Shown piece after piece: positions 56,933-64,000 of a DNA stretch of 64,000 nucleotides. The DNA is from Gemmatimonadales bacterium. Its GTDB lineage: Bacteria > Gemmatimonadota > Gemmatimonadetes > Gemmatimonadales > GWC2-71-9. The position numbers and the translations under genes were made by a program. Positions within the stretch are counted from its first letter, which is position 1. Each line of letters opens with the position of its first letter. Location: contig DAINRR010000001.1 of NCBI GenBank assembly GCA_036741715.1, positions 3,501 to 67,500 on the forward strand, in the 5' to 3' direction. The notes below the pieces were generated by a model, which was not told the origin of the DNA, made no database searches, and worked only from the letters and a program-made list of their open reading frames with translations.

Positions 56933-58212
56933 ACGACCGGCCGGGCAACCCGGCCGGTCTCCGGCGGCGGGCAGAAGATTTCCTCTGGGCCACCGGCATC
57001 GAGGACACCTTCGTGCCGCAGACCCGCCCCGGGCACCGTGCCCTCGACGAGTACCAGCTGATGGGGCACTACGAGCACTGGCGTACCGATCTCGCGCTCG
57101 CGCGGGAGATCGGTGCGCGGGCGGTTCGCTGGGGCGTGCCCTGGTACCGGGTGGAGCCACTTCGCGGTGAATTCGACTGGCGCTGGACCGACGAGGTCAT
57201 TCCCTACCTCGTCGATGAGCTCGGGATCGAGCCGATCGTCGACCTGATGCACTACGGCTGCCCCTTCTGGCTGCGACGCGAGTTCGCGAGCGACGAGTAT
57301 CCCGAGGCCGTCGCGGCCTTCGCCGGCGCCTTCGCGGAACGCTACCGTTCGCGCGTCCGGTGGTACACCCCGCTCAACGAGCCGATCGTCACCGCGCTCT
57401 TCTGCGGGAAGCGGGGTCTCTGGCCGCCCTATCTGCGGAGCGATGCCGGATATGTGCGCGTGCTCCTCCAGGTCGTGCGGGGCGTCGACGCCACCTGCCG
57501 CGCGCTGAGGGCGGCGCAGCCCGACGCGATACTCGTGCACGTCGAGGCGAGCGGACTGAGCCGGGCGGCCCGCTCGGACCTCGAGGCACTCGCAACCGAC
57601 GAACAGTACCGCACCTACCTGCCGCTCGATCTCGTCTTCGGCCGCGTGGAATCGGACCATCCTCTCTTTCCGTGGCTGGTGCGAAGCGGAGCCTCCCCCG
57701 ACGAGCTCGCAGCCATTGCGGGACAGCCGGCCCCCGTCGACTTCCTCGGCCTCAACTTCTATCCCCAGTGGTCGACGACGCAGCTCTTCATCGACCGGCG
57801 CGGCCGGCTGGCCTATCGCCCGGTCGAGCAGGAGGGGTCCGGCTTTGCCACGCTCATCGAGTCGTACTGGCGCCGCTATGGCCTGCCGATCATCGTGACG
57901 GAGACGAGCGCGCGTGGCAGCGAAGAGATCCGCGCACGATGGCTCGAGACCTCCGTCGGAACGATCAGGGAGCTCCGGAGCCGGGCCGTACCGGTGGTCG
58001 GATACACCTGGTTCCCGCTCTTCACGATGATCGACTGGCGCTATCGCTTCGGACGCGGCCCGATCGAGGAGTACCGGCTCGAGCTCGGGCTCTACACGCT
58101 CGACGGCTCCTCGGGCCGGCGATGGCAGCCGACCCCGCTCGTCGAGCAGTTCCGCAGCTACACGCTCGATCCCGAGTCGGCCGTCGGTTCGCTCGCAGAG
58201 GTGAACGCATGA
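56929..58212 (+). CDS. Clan GH-A TIM-barrel glycoside hydrolase (family 1-like), copy 1
   Basis: GTG at 56929 overlaps the upstream stop (GTGA). Blocks are FLWATGIEDTF, the acid/base-type WYTPLNEP, and the nucleophile-type LPIIVTETS. Confidence 0.7.
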   Translation: MNDRPGNPAGLRRRAEDFLWATGIEDTFVPQTRPGHRALDEYQLMGHYEHWRTDLALAREIGARAVRWGVPWYRVEPLRGEFDWRWTDEVIPYLVDELGIEPIVDLMHYGCPFWLRREFASDEYPEAVAAFAGAFAERYRSRVRWYTPLNEPIVTALFCGKRGLWPPYLRSDAGYVRVLLQVVRGVDATCRALRAAQPDAILVHVEASGLSRAARSDLEALATDEQYRTYLPLDLVFGRVESDHPLFPWLVRSGASPDELAAIAGQPAPVDFLGLNFYPQWSTTQLFIDRRGRLAYRPVEQEGSGFATLIESYWRRYGLPIIVTETSARGSEEIRARWLETSVGTIRELRSRAVPVVGYTWFPLFTMIDWRYRFGRGPIEEYRLELGLYTLDGSSGRRWQPTPLVEQFRSYTLDPESAVGSLAEVNA

Positions 58213-59393
58213 CCGGGCAACTGCTCTTCCGCAGCTTCTGGATCGGCGGGTTCGAGTCGGCGTGCCACATGAACCGTGCCCGCTGCCGGCTGAACATGGC
58301 GGAAGCCACTCACCATGATCGCCACGCCGATCTCGACTACCGGTTGATGGCCTCGGCGGGGATTCGCACCGCGCGTGAGGCCGTCCCCTGGTATCAGGTG
58401 GATCGGGGGGCCCGCTACGATTTCTCCAGCATCGTGCCCATGCTCGATGCAGCGGGCCGAAACGGGATCCAGATCCTCTGGACCCTGTGCCACTGGGGGT
58501 GGCCCGACGAGCTCGATCCGCTGTCGCCCGCATTCGTCGGACGGATGGCGCGCTACGCCCGCGCGAGCGCCGAGTTCATAGGCCGTCATTCCGACGGCCC
58601 GCACTGGTTCACGCCCGTGAACGAGATCTCGTTCGCCGCATGGGCGGCGGGCGATGTCGCGTACATGCATCCGTACCTGCAGGGTGCGTCGGACGCCGTG
58701 AAGCGGCAGCTCGTGTCGGCGGCCATCGCGTCGATGGACGAGATCTGGACCGTGCTGCCGTCGGCTCGGATGCTGCACACCGATCCGATCATCCAGGTGG
58801 TGACGCCGCGCGGGCGGCCCGATCTCGCACGCGAAGCCCATGATTACACGTCGGCACAGTATGCAGCCTGGGACATGCTGGCGGGCGGCCTGGCACCCGA
58901 GCTCGGAGGGCATCCGCGGTACCTCGACGTGATCGCGGCAAACTTCTACGCCTCGAACCAGTGGGAAATCCACGGGCCCGTGCTTCACTGGGACGATGGA
59001 CCCCGCGACGAGCGCTGGGTGCCGCTGCATGAGCAGCTCGTGCGGCTCCACCGGCGGTACGGCCGGCCGGTCATGATCGGAGAGACCAGCCACGTGGGCA
59101 TTGGTCGTGCGCCGTGGCTCCGCGAAGTGACCGGCGAGGCCCTGAGAGCGCTGGAGCTCGGAGTGCGACTGGAAGGGGTGTGCCTCTATCCGCTCGTGGA
59201 CCGCCCGGATTGGGAAAACGGCGAGCACTGGCACCGCAGCGGCCTCTGGGATGTGGTGCCATCCAGCCGTGGCGACCTCCACCGCATTCCGTGCGAGCTC
59301 TATCTCGACGAGCTGCGGCACAGCATCGAGCGCGTGGCCCGCGTACGGCCGGAGGCCGCTCCGTGGGAGCCGGCAGGGGCCGGCGCCGGCTGA
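58209..59393 (+). CDS. Clan GH-A TIM-barrel glycoside hydrolase (family 1-like), copy 2
   Basis: ATG at 58209 overlaps the upstream stop (ATGA). Blocks are FWIGGFESA, WFTPVNEIS and RPVMIGETS. It is a distant paralog of the preceding gene. Confidence 0.65.
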   Translation: MTGQLLFRSFWIGGFESACHMNRARCRLNMAEATHHDRHADLDYRLMASAGIRTAREAVPWYQVDRGARYDFSSIVPMLDAAGRNGIQILWTLCHWGWPDELDPLSPAFVGRMARYARASAEFIGRHSDGPHWFTPVNEISFAAWAAGDVAYMHPYLQGASDAVKRQLVSAAIASMDEIWTVLPSARMLHTDPIIQVVTPRGRPDLAREAHDYTSAQYAAWDMLAGGLAPELGGHPRYLDVIAANFYASNQWEIHGPVLHWDDGPRDERWVPLHEQLVRLHRRYGRPVMIGETSHVGIGRAPWLREVTGEALRALELGVRLEGVCLYPLVDRPDWENGEHWHRSGLWDVVPSSRGDLHRIPCELYLDELRHSIERVARVRPEAAPWEPAGAGAG

Positions 59394-59397
59394 CCGA

Positions 59398-62244
59398 TCA
59401 GGGGTTGGCGGCGACCGGCGGCTCCGTGGCGGCGTGAGCGACCGGGCGGGCCGGCCGGGTGAGGCGTGCGATCATGTCACGCATCATGATGGTCGCCACC
59501 GGATGCGCGCCGAGATGATCGCGCAGGCGGAACGTACAGGCCATGAGCCGCCCCTGGTCGATCGGCCGCTCTGCGACCAGTGCCACGACCTGGTGCACCC
59601 ACCCGACGAACAGTCCCGCGTGGACCTGCGAGGCGAAATCCCTGGGGGTCAGCCCCACGATCACGGCTTCGGGCGTCAGGTCGGCGAACGCGAAGTCCAC
59701 CGTCCCGCCGGTGGGGATGTCCTTGAAGATCCGGTCCTGCCGGAGCCAGCTCATGCTGCTGGCCCAGTCGCCCTGCCACGCGCGGCCGTGCCGCTGGGCG
59801 ATCCCCACGTTGCCGAGGTGCGCCTGGTGGGAATCGCTCGATTCCGCGAGCCAGAGCACGCGCCCCCCATTCTGCGCGTACCACCGCATCTCGTCCGTCA
59901 TCTCCTCGACGACCACCATGTCGGCCTCGTCCGGTCCCTCGGTCACGTCGTAGCCCATCGCCGCGAGTCGAGACGCGAGGCGCGGAAGTCCCGGCACCGC
60001 GAGGCGCGGTCCCTCCACCTGGAAGCGGGCGAAGAAATAGAGCTCGTGATGATTGTGCGTGACCACCGTTCCCGCGCCATCCACCAGGCGCATCTCCAGC
60101 CGCACCCGGCGGCTCGAGACGATCTCCGGCACCTCGAACACCGCCGTGCCGACATGCGTGAGATGCGCCCGCTCCGGCGTGACGCCGGTGATGACCCCGT
60201 TCACGTTCGGGTAGGCATCGAGGTGCCACTCGACCCGGCAACCGCGCAGGTCGTGTGACGAGAAGTGCGAAAGCGCCAGGCGCACTTCACAGCGCTCGCC
60301 CGACCAGTACGCGATGCGTTCCCAGTCCACGGGTATGAGCGCGTCAGCGCCATTGATGTCCCGGATCACGTCGAAGTACGCCTTCGGGTTCCGGCACATG
60401 TCGAGCAGCCCGTTGCTCTCCCAGTGCACATCGGTGAACTCGGTGATGACGTAGCCGACGATCGACGGATGCCGGCGCATCTGCTCGATCTGGTACTTGA
60501 GCGCGGTGAACTGCATGCGCTGGCTGGCGGCGGAGAGGTCCGACAGCGTCGGGAAGGCCCTGTCGATGTGATAGGCCCGGTAGCGCTGCTCCACGCCGTG
60601 CGGGTAGACGACCCCGTCGCCCCACTCGATTCCGGTCTCGAACCACCACGGCTCCTTGCCGCCATGGCACGCCTTGAGCCGGGCCACGTCGGGCAGTCCC
60701 CAGTTGCCGAACTCGGACACGACCATCGGCTCGCTTCCCTGCCGCCTGACTTCGGGCGCCTGCTTCCGAGGCGCCGGGTTCCAGGGATCGCGGACATAGT
60801 CCCGCCAGGCGCCGAAGCTTTCGTACACGTGTGCGAACGTCCAGGGGGGCCGGCTCGCGAACGTCTGGACCCAGTCACGCCAGGCCCGGTAGTGGTCCGG
60901 CATCGCGTAATAGTTGTGAAAATCCTCGATGTCCGTCACGACGTGGAAATTCGTGAAGCAGGGCGAATTCCCGACCACGAGCCGATGCGGATCCACCGCC
61001 TTGAGCCGCGAGTAGACGTCGGCGAGCCACGCCCGATGGCTCGCGTTGACGGCGAGATCGAGTCCCCAGTTCTCGTTCGCGATGGTCCAGATGATGATGG
61101 ACGGGTGATTCCAGTCCCGCTCGACCATGCCGAAGAGCGTGTCTTCCGCTCTCCGCTTGGCGTTGTCGGTGAGGTCCTGCCAGTTCGGGAGCTCGGTCCA
61201 GATGAGGAGACCCGCCCGGTCGGCGGCATCGTAGTACCGTGGGTCCGTGATCTTGATGTGTGTCCGCAGGCAGTTGAGGCCCATGTGCCGGGCCTTCACG
61301 AACTGGCTGTCGAGCTCGTCGTCACTGAACGGCGTGTAGATCAGCTCCGGGTAATAGTCCTGGTCGAGCGCGCCGCGAAGGTAGAGGATCTTCCCATTGA
61401 GAAGCAGGTGACCGCTCGACGACGTCGAAATCGAGCGCATCCCGAAATTCGAGGATAGCAGGTCCACCGCCCCACCCTCGTCGAGGCCGTCCGACAGCGA
61501 GGCCTCGATCGCGTAGAGATGCGGCGTGTCGGTGTCCCAGAGCATCGGCTCGCGGATCGGCAGGAAGGTCTCGAATTCGCTGCCGGTCACCTCGAACTGG
61601 TGCTCCTCCCGCCCCCCGGTGGGATCCACGACCGTCAGCCGCAGGCCCGACGTCGCTTCGACCGGACGGCTGAACCCCACCTCGACCCGGACCCGCGATC
61701 CGGGCACGTCCGGCGTGATCCTGAGACGCGTGAGATGCACGCGATGTCGCGCTTCGATGTAGACGCTCTGCCAGATCCCGCCGACCGGCCCGTACCAGCT
61801 CTGCTTCCCGTGCGGGATCTCCGCGAACGGAAATTCCGGATGGGCTTCGGCGTCGTCTCCCGGATCGATCACCCTGACGACGAGCTCGTTCGACGCTTCC
61901 GGCAGCAGCGCGTCGCCCAGCTCGAACTCGAACGGCAGGTACCCGCCTTCGTGCTCGCCGATCGCGGTGCCGTTGAGCCACACCTTCGCGTGGTAGTCCA
62001 CCGCCCCGAAATGAATGATGAACACCGGGTCGGGCGGCGCCGCCGTCCGGTCCACCGTGAAGCGGAGACGATACCAGGCGGTGCCGGTGTAGTGCCGGAG
62101 ATCGTCGAACTGCGCCTGCCACGGCCCGGGGACCCGGATCTCACGGGACGGCGCGTCATCGAGCGAATCAGGGGCGAGAGAGCGGTCCGGGTCGAGGAAG
62201 AATTCCCACCGGCCGTCGAGGTGAGTTCGTCTGCGGATCATCAT
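59398..62244 (-). CDS. Glycoside hydrolase family 2 (beta-galactosidase/mannosidase/glucuronidase-like), cytoplasmic
   Basis: An internal ATG at 62244 gives MMIRRRTHLDGRWEFFLDPD. The sugar-binding domain is TAWYRLRF...FGAVDYHAKVWLNGTAIGEHEGGYLPFEFEL. The TIM barrel has NCLRTH, HPSIIIWTIANEN and MVVSEFG. The remainder of tracked ORF 59398..62808 is Arg-rich extension. Confidence 0.85.
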   Translation of the reverse strand: MMIRRRTHLDGRWEFFLDPDRSLAPDSLDDAPSREIRVPGPWQAQFDDLRHYTGTAWYRLRFTVDRTAAPPDPVFIIHFGAVDYHAKVWLNGTAIGEHEGGYLPFEFELGDALLPEASNELVVRVIDPGDDAEAHPEFPFAEIPHGKQSWYGPVGGIWQSVYIEARHRVHLTRLRITPDVPGSRVRVEVGFSRPVEATSGLRLTVVDPTGGREEHQFEVTGSEFETFLPIREPMLWDTDTPHLYAIEASLSDGLDEGGAVDLLSSNFGMRSISTSSSGHLLLNGKILYLRGALDQDYYPELIYTPFSDDELDSQFVKARHMGLNCLRTHIKITDPRYYDAADRAGLLIWTELPNWQDLTDNAKRRAEDTLFGMVERDWNHPSIIIWTIANENWGLDLAVNASHRAWLADVYSRLKAVDPHRLVVGNSPCFTNFHVVTDIEDFHNYYAMPDHYRAWRDWVQTFASRPPWTFAHVYESFGAWRDYVRDPWNPAPRKQAPEVRRQGSEPMVVSEFGNWGLPDVARLKACHGGKEPWWFETGIEWGDGVVYPHGVEQRYRAYHIDRAFPTLSDLSAASQRMQFTALKYQIEQMRRHPSIVGYVITEFTDVHWESNGLLDMCRNPKAYFDVIRDINGADALIPVDWERIAYWSGERCEVRLALSHFSSHDLRGCRVEWHLDAYPNVNGVITGVTPERAHLTHVGTAVFEVPEIVSSRRVRLEMRLVDGAGTVVTHNHHELYFFARFQVEGPRLAVPGLPRLASRLAAMGYDVTEGPDEADMVVVEEMTDEMRWYAQNGGRVLWLAESSDSHQAHLGNVGIAQRHGRAWQGDWASSMSWLRQDRIFKDIPTGGTVDFAFADLTPEAVIVGLTPRDFASQVHAGLFVGWVHQVVALVAERPIDQGRLMACTFRLRDHLGAHPVATIMMRDMIARLTRPARPVAHAATEPPVAANP

Positions 62245-62287
62245 GACGGAATGACGCCGATTGAGGGCGGAGAAGCTGTGATCGTGG

Positions 62288-63175
62288 TCACGCGAAGGTC
62301 GAACCTTTTCCGGCGAGAACCGCAGCGAAGAATCGCCAGATGAGTGCGGTCGCGTCGAGTGCGGGGACACTTCTGCCGACGATCCGCTGCGGCAGCAGTC
62401 GGGGGCCGCCCGGCCAGATGTGCCCCTGACCCTCGATGATGCCCATCCGGATGTTCCGGGCGCACCCCGTGGCCTCCGTCCAGACGACCTGCGCCTCACG
62501 GCGCGGAGGCGATGGCTGTGGGCATCCCGCCGCCACGCTCCACCGGTCGAACGATCGGCGCGGCGGCGGGTGGACCTCCTCCCCACCCCATGGGGTCGAG
62601 ACCGTTCCACCCTCGACCGGATTGAGCGGGTCGGCATCTCCGATGAGGTACAGGAGCGATGGAATCTGGCCGGGCGCCGGCTCGATCCAGCAATGGCCAG
62701 CCACGGGGGCCACTGCGCTGATCCGCTGGCGCAGCTCCGCCGCAGCACGGAACGCGAGGGAGCCCCCGTTCGAAAAGCCGGTGAGGAAGACCGCCGTCTG
62801 GTCGGCACCAGCGTCCGACGCCAGGGTCTCGATCAGGGCCGCCAGAAAAGCGACGTCGTCCACGCCGGCCTTCGCGACGTGTCCCCGCCCCGACCCGTCG
62901 TTCCAGGTCTGCGGATTCCGGCGGAATTCCGGAGCGCGAGCCGGATCCCGCGCGGTTCCCTCCGGGAAGACCGCGATGAAACCCTGCTCGGCACCCAGGA
63001 CGTCCCAGCGAGTCTGGCCGGCCGCGATCTCGGCGGTCCCCCCGGCGCCATGCAGCATGATCACGACCGGTACGGGTCCGCGTCCGCCGCCCGCGCGCGA
63101 GACGAGCGCGCGGCGCACGCGTCCGCCCACCTCGAGGTCGAGAGTTTCCATGGCAGGAAGTGTAGCTTTGACCAT
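62288..63175 (-). CDS. Alpha/beta-hydrolase esterase (PHB-depolymerase/LpqC-like family)
   Basis: Motifs are PVVIMLHGAGGTA and the nucleophile elbow FLTGFSNGGSLAF, plus PLNPVEGG. I chose the ATG at 63175 (MVKATLPAMETL...). ATG at 63151 and the tracked TTG at 63196 are alternatives. Confidence 0.75.
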   Translation of the reverse strand: MVKATLPAMETLDLEVGGRVRRALVSRAGGGRGPVPVVIMLHGAGGTAEIAAGQTRWDVLGAEQGFIAVFPEGTARDPARAPEFRRNPQTWNDGSGRGHVAKAGVDDVAFLAALIETLASDAGADQTAVFLTGFSNGGSLAFRAAAELRQRISAVAPVAGHCWIEPAPGQIPSLLYLIGDADPLNPVEGGTVSTPWGGEEVHPPPRRSFDRWSVAAGCPQPSPPRREAQVVWTEATGCARNIRMGIIEGQGHIWPGGPRLLPQRIVGRSVPALDATALIWRFFAAVLAGKGSTFA

Positions 63176-63195
63176 CCACTTTGCGGAGCGCGCCA

Positions 63196-63552
63196 ATGGT
63201 TCTCACGCTCGTCCTCGTCGGCCTCGCTGCCGGTGTCCTCGCGGGTCTTTTCGGGATCGGAGGCGGTGTCCTGATCGTCCCTGCGCTCGTCTACTTTGCC
63301 GCGATGCCGATCAAGACCGCGACCGGCACGTCACTGGGCGCCCTGCTGCTCCCGGTGGGCCTTCTCGGGGCCATGGCCTACTGGAAGGCCGGCCACATCG
63401 ACATTCGCGCATCGCTGCTCGTGGCCGGTGGCCTCTTCTTCGGCGCCCTCATCGGCGCCCGTCTCGCGCTGAGCATGCAGGCGGGCATGCTGCAGCGCGC
63501 TTTCGCGATCTTCCTCGTGGCCGTGGGGATCCGCATGTTCCTCAAGGCATGA
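63196..63552 (+). CDS. Half-size TSUP (TauE/SafE) family permease, 4 TM
   Basis: ATG at 63196 (the tracked ORF begins at TTG 63181). The product is MVLTLVLVGLAAGVLAGLFGIGGGVLIVPALVYF...TATGTSLGALLLPVGLLGAMAYW.... It is only 118 aa, about half of a typical TSUP protein. Confidence 0.75.
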   Translation: MVLTLVLVGLAAGVLAGLFGIGGGVLIVPALVYFAAMPIKTATGTSLGALLLPVGLLGAMAYWKAGHIDIRASLLVAGGLFFGALIGARLALSMQAGMLQRAFAIFLVAVGIRMFLKA

Positions 63553-63562
63553 CCCGCGCGCG

Positions 63563-64000
63563 GTGAGCCTGCTCCGCCTCACGGATCGCGGCCTCTACTG
63601 CGAGGCGGGCGATTTCTACGTCGATGCCTGGTCCGCGGTGCCGAAGGTGGTCGTCACGCACGCGCACGGGGATCACGTCGCCTGGGGATGCGAGGCCTAC
63701 CTGACGTCGGCGGCGGGCGCCGGTGTGCTCGCCGCGCGATTGCCGGAAGGCGCCGCCATCACGCCGCTCCCGTACGCCGACCCGGTGCTGCTCGGCGGGG
63801 TCCGGGTCTCGCTGCATCCGGCCGGTCACATTCTCGGGTCCTCGCAGGTCCGGCTCGAGCATCGCGGCGAGGTCTGCGTCGTGTCTGGCGATTACAAGAC
63901 CGAGCCCGATCCCACCTGCACACCGTTCGAGCCGGTCCCGTGTCACACGTTCGTCACCGAGTCGACGTTCGGTCTTCCGATCTATCGCTGGCGCCCCGAG
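63563..64000 (+). CDS. Ligase-associated DNA-damage-response exonuclease-like metallo-beta-lactamase protein, 3' end cut by window edge
   Basis: GTG at 63563, with the frame open to nt 64000. The product is (M)SLLRLTDRGLYCEAGDFYVDAWSAVPKVVVTHAHGDHVAWG (HxHxDH)...SGDYKTEPDPTC...FVTESTFGLPIYRW. It is not in the ORF track because no stop lies inside the window. Confidence 0.7.
   Translation, partial: MSLLRLTDRGLYCEAGDFYVDAWSAVPKVVVTHAHGDHVAWGCEAYLTSAAGAGVLAARLPEGAAITPLPYADPVLLGGVRVSLHPAGHILGSSQVRLEHRGEVCVVSGDYKTEPDPTCTPFEPVPCHTFVTESTFGLPIYRWRPE

Noticed and set aside
63549-63566. The ATG at 63549 overlaps the TSUP stop (ATGA) and could be the start of the downstream MBL exonuclease gene.
   Set aside because: That frame reads ATG ACC CGC GCG CGG TGA, a stop after 5 codons. 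The MBL protein is in the frame starting at GTG 63563.

Overview
This is a very GC-rich bacterial chromosomal segment. Gene content and outer-membrane protein types suggest a Gemmatimonadota-like Gram-negative, but that taxonomy is inference only. I support about 60 protein-coding genes, tightly packed, with many 1-4 nt start/stop overlaps (ATGA, GTGA, TTGA). I saw no rRNA, tRNA, CRISPR array, transposase or prophage signature. Most long ORFs in the track that lie antisense to, or out of frame with, these genes are Arg/Pro/Gly/Ala-rich shadow ORFs and were rejected.

Recognisable content:
- acyl-CoA ligase
- an M23 peptidase / Trm112-like / M23 peptidase operon
- queD-folE
- a nurA-herA-sbcD-sbcC-GNAT operon
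- an aminotransferase
- a catalytically degenerate DEAD-box/DbpA-like protein
- hup, tdk, coaE
- gcvH-gcvP plus a lipoate ligase-like gene
- a five-gene Dpp/Opp-type ABC importer
- csbD, an amidohydrolase, and a RidA-PhzF-CsaA trio
- two TonB-dependent-receptor-like barrels
- uppS inside a membrane-protein operon, and mscL
- a general-stress-type cluster
- a glycan cluster: GT, eukaryote-type UDP-galactopyranose-mutase-like flavoprotein, and two GH-A TIM barrels, with a convergent GH2 and esterase
- a half-size TSUP permease and a partial ligase-associated MBL exonuclease

Most noteworthy:
1. An archaeal-style NurA-HerA-Mre11-Rad50 four-gene module with an appended GNAT.
2. Three tandem paralogous PD40 beta-propeller lipoproteins translationally coupled to a CarboxypepD_reg TonB-dependent barrel.
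3. Three intergenic hairpin elements whose arms are built from tandem 8-nt units.
4. The UGM-like glycan cluster.
5. The pseudo-helicase.

All functional calls rest on motif recognition by eye. No database search was run.
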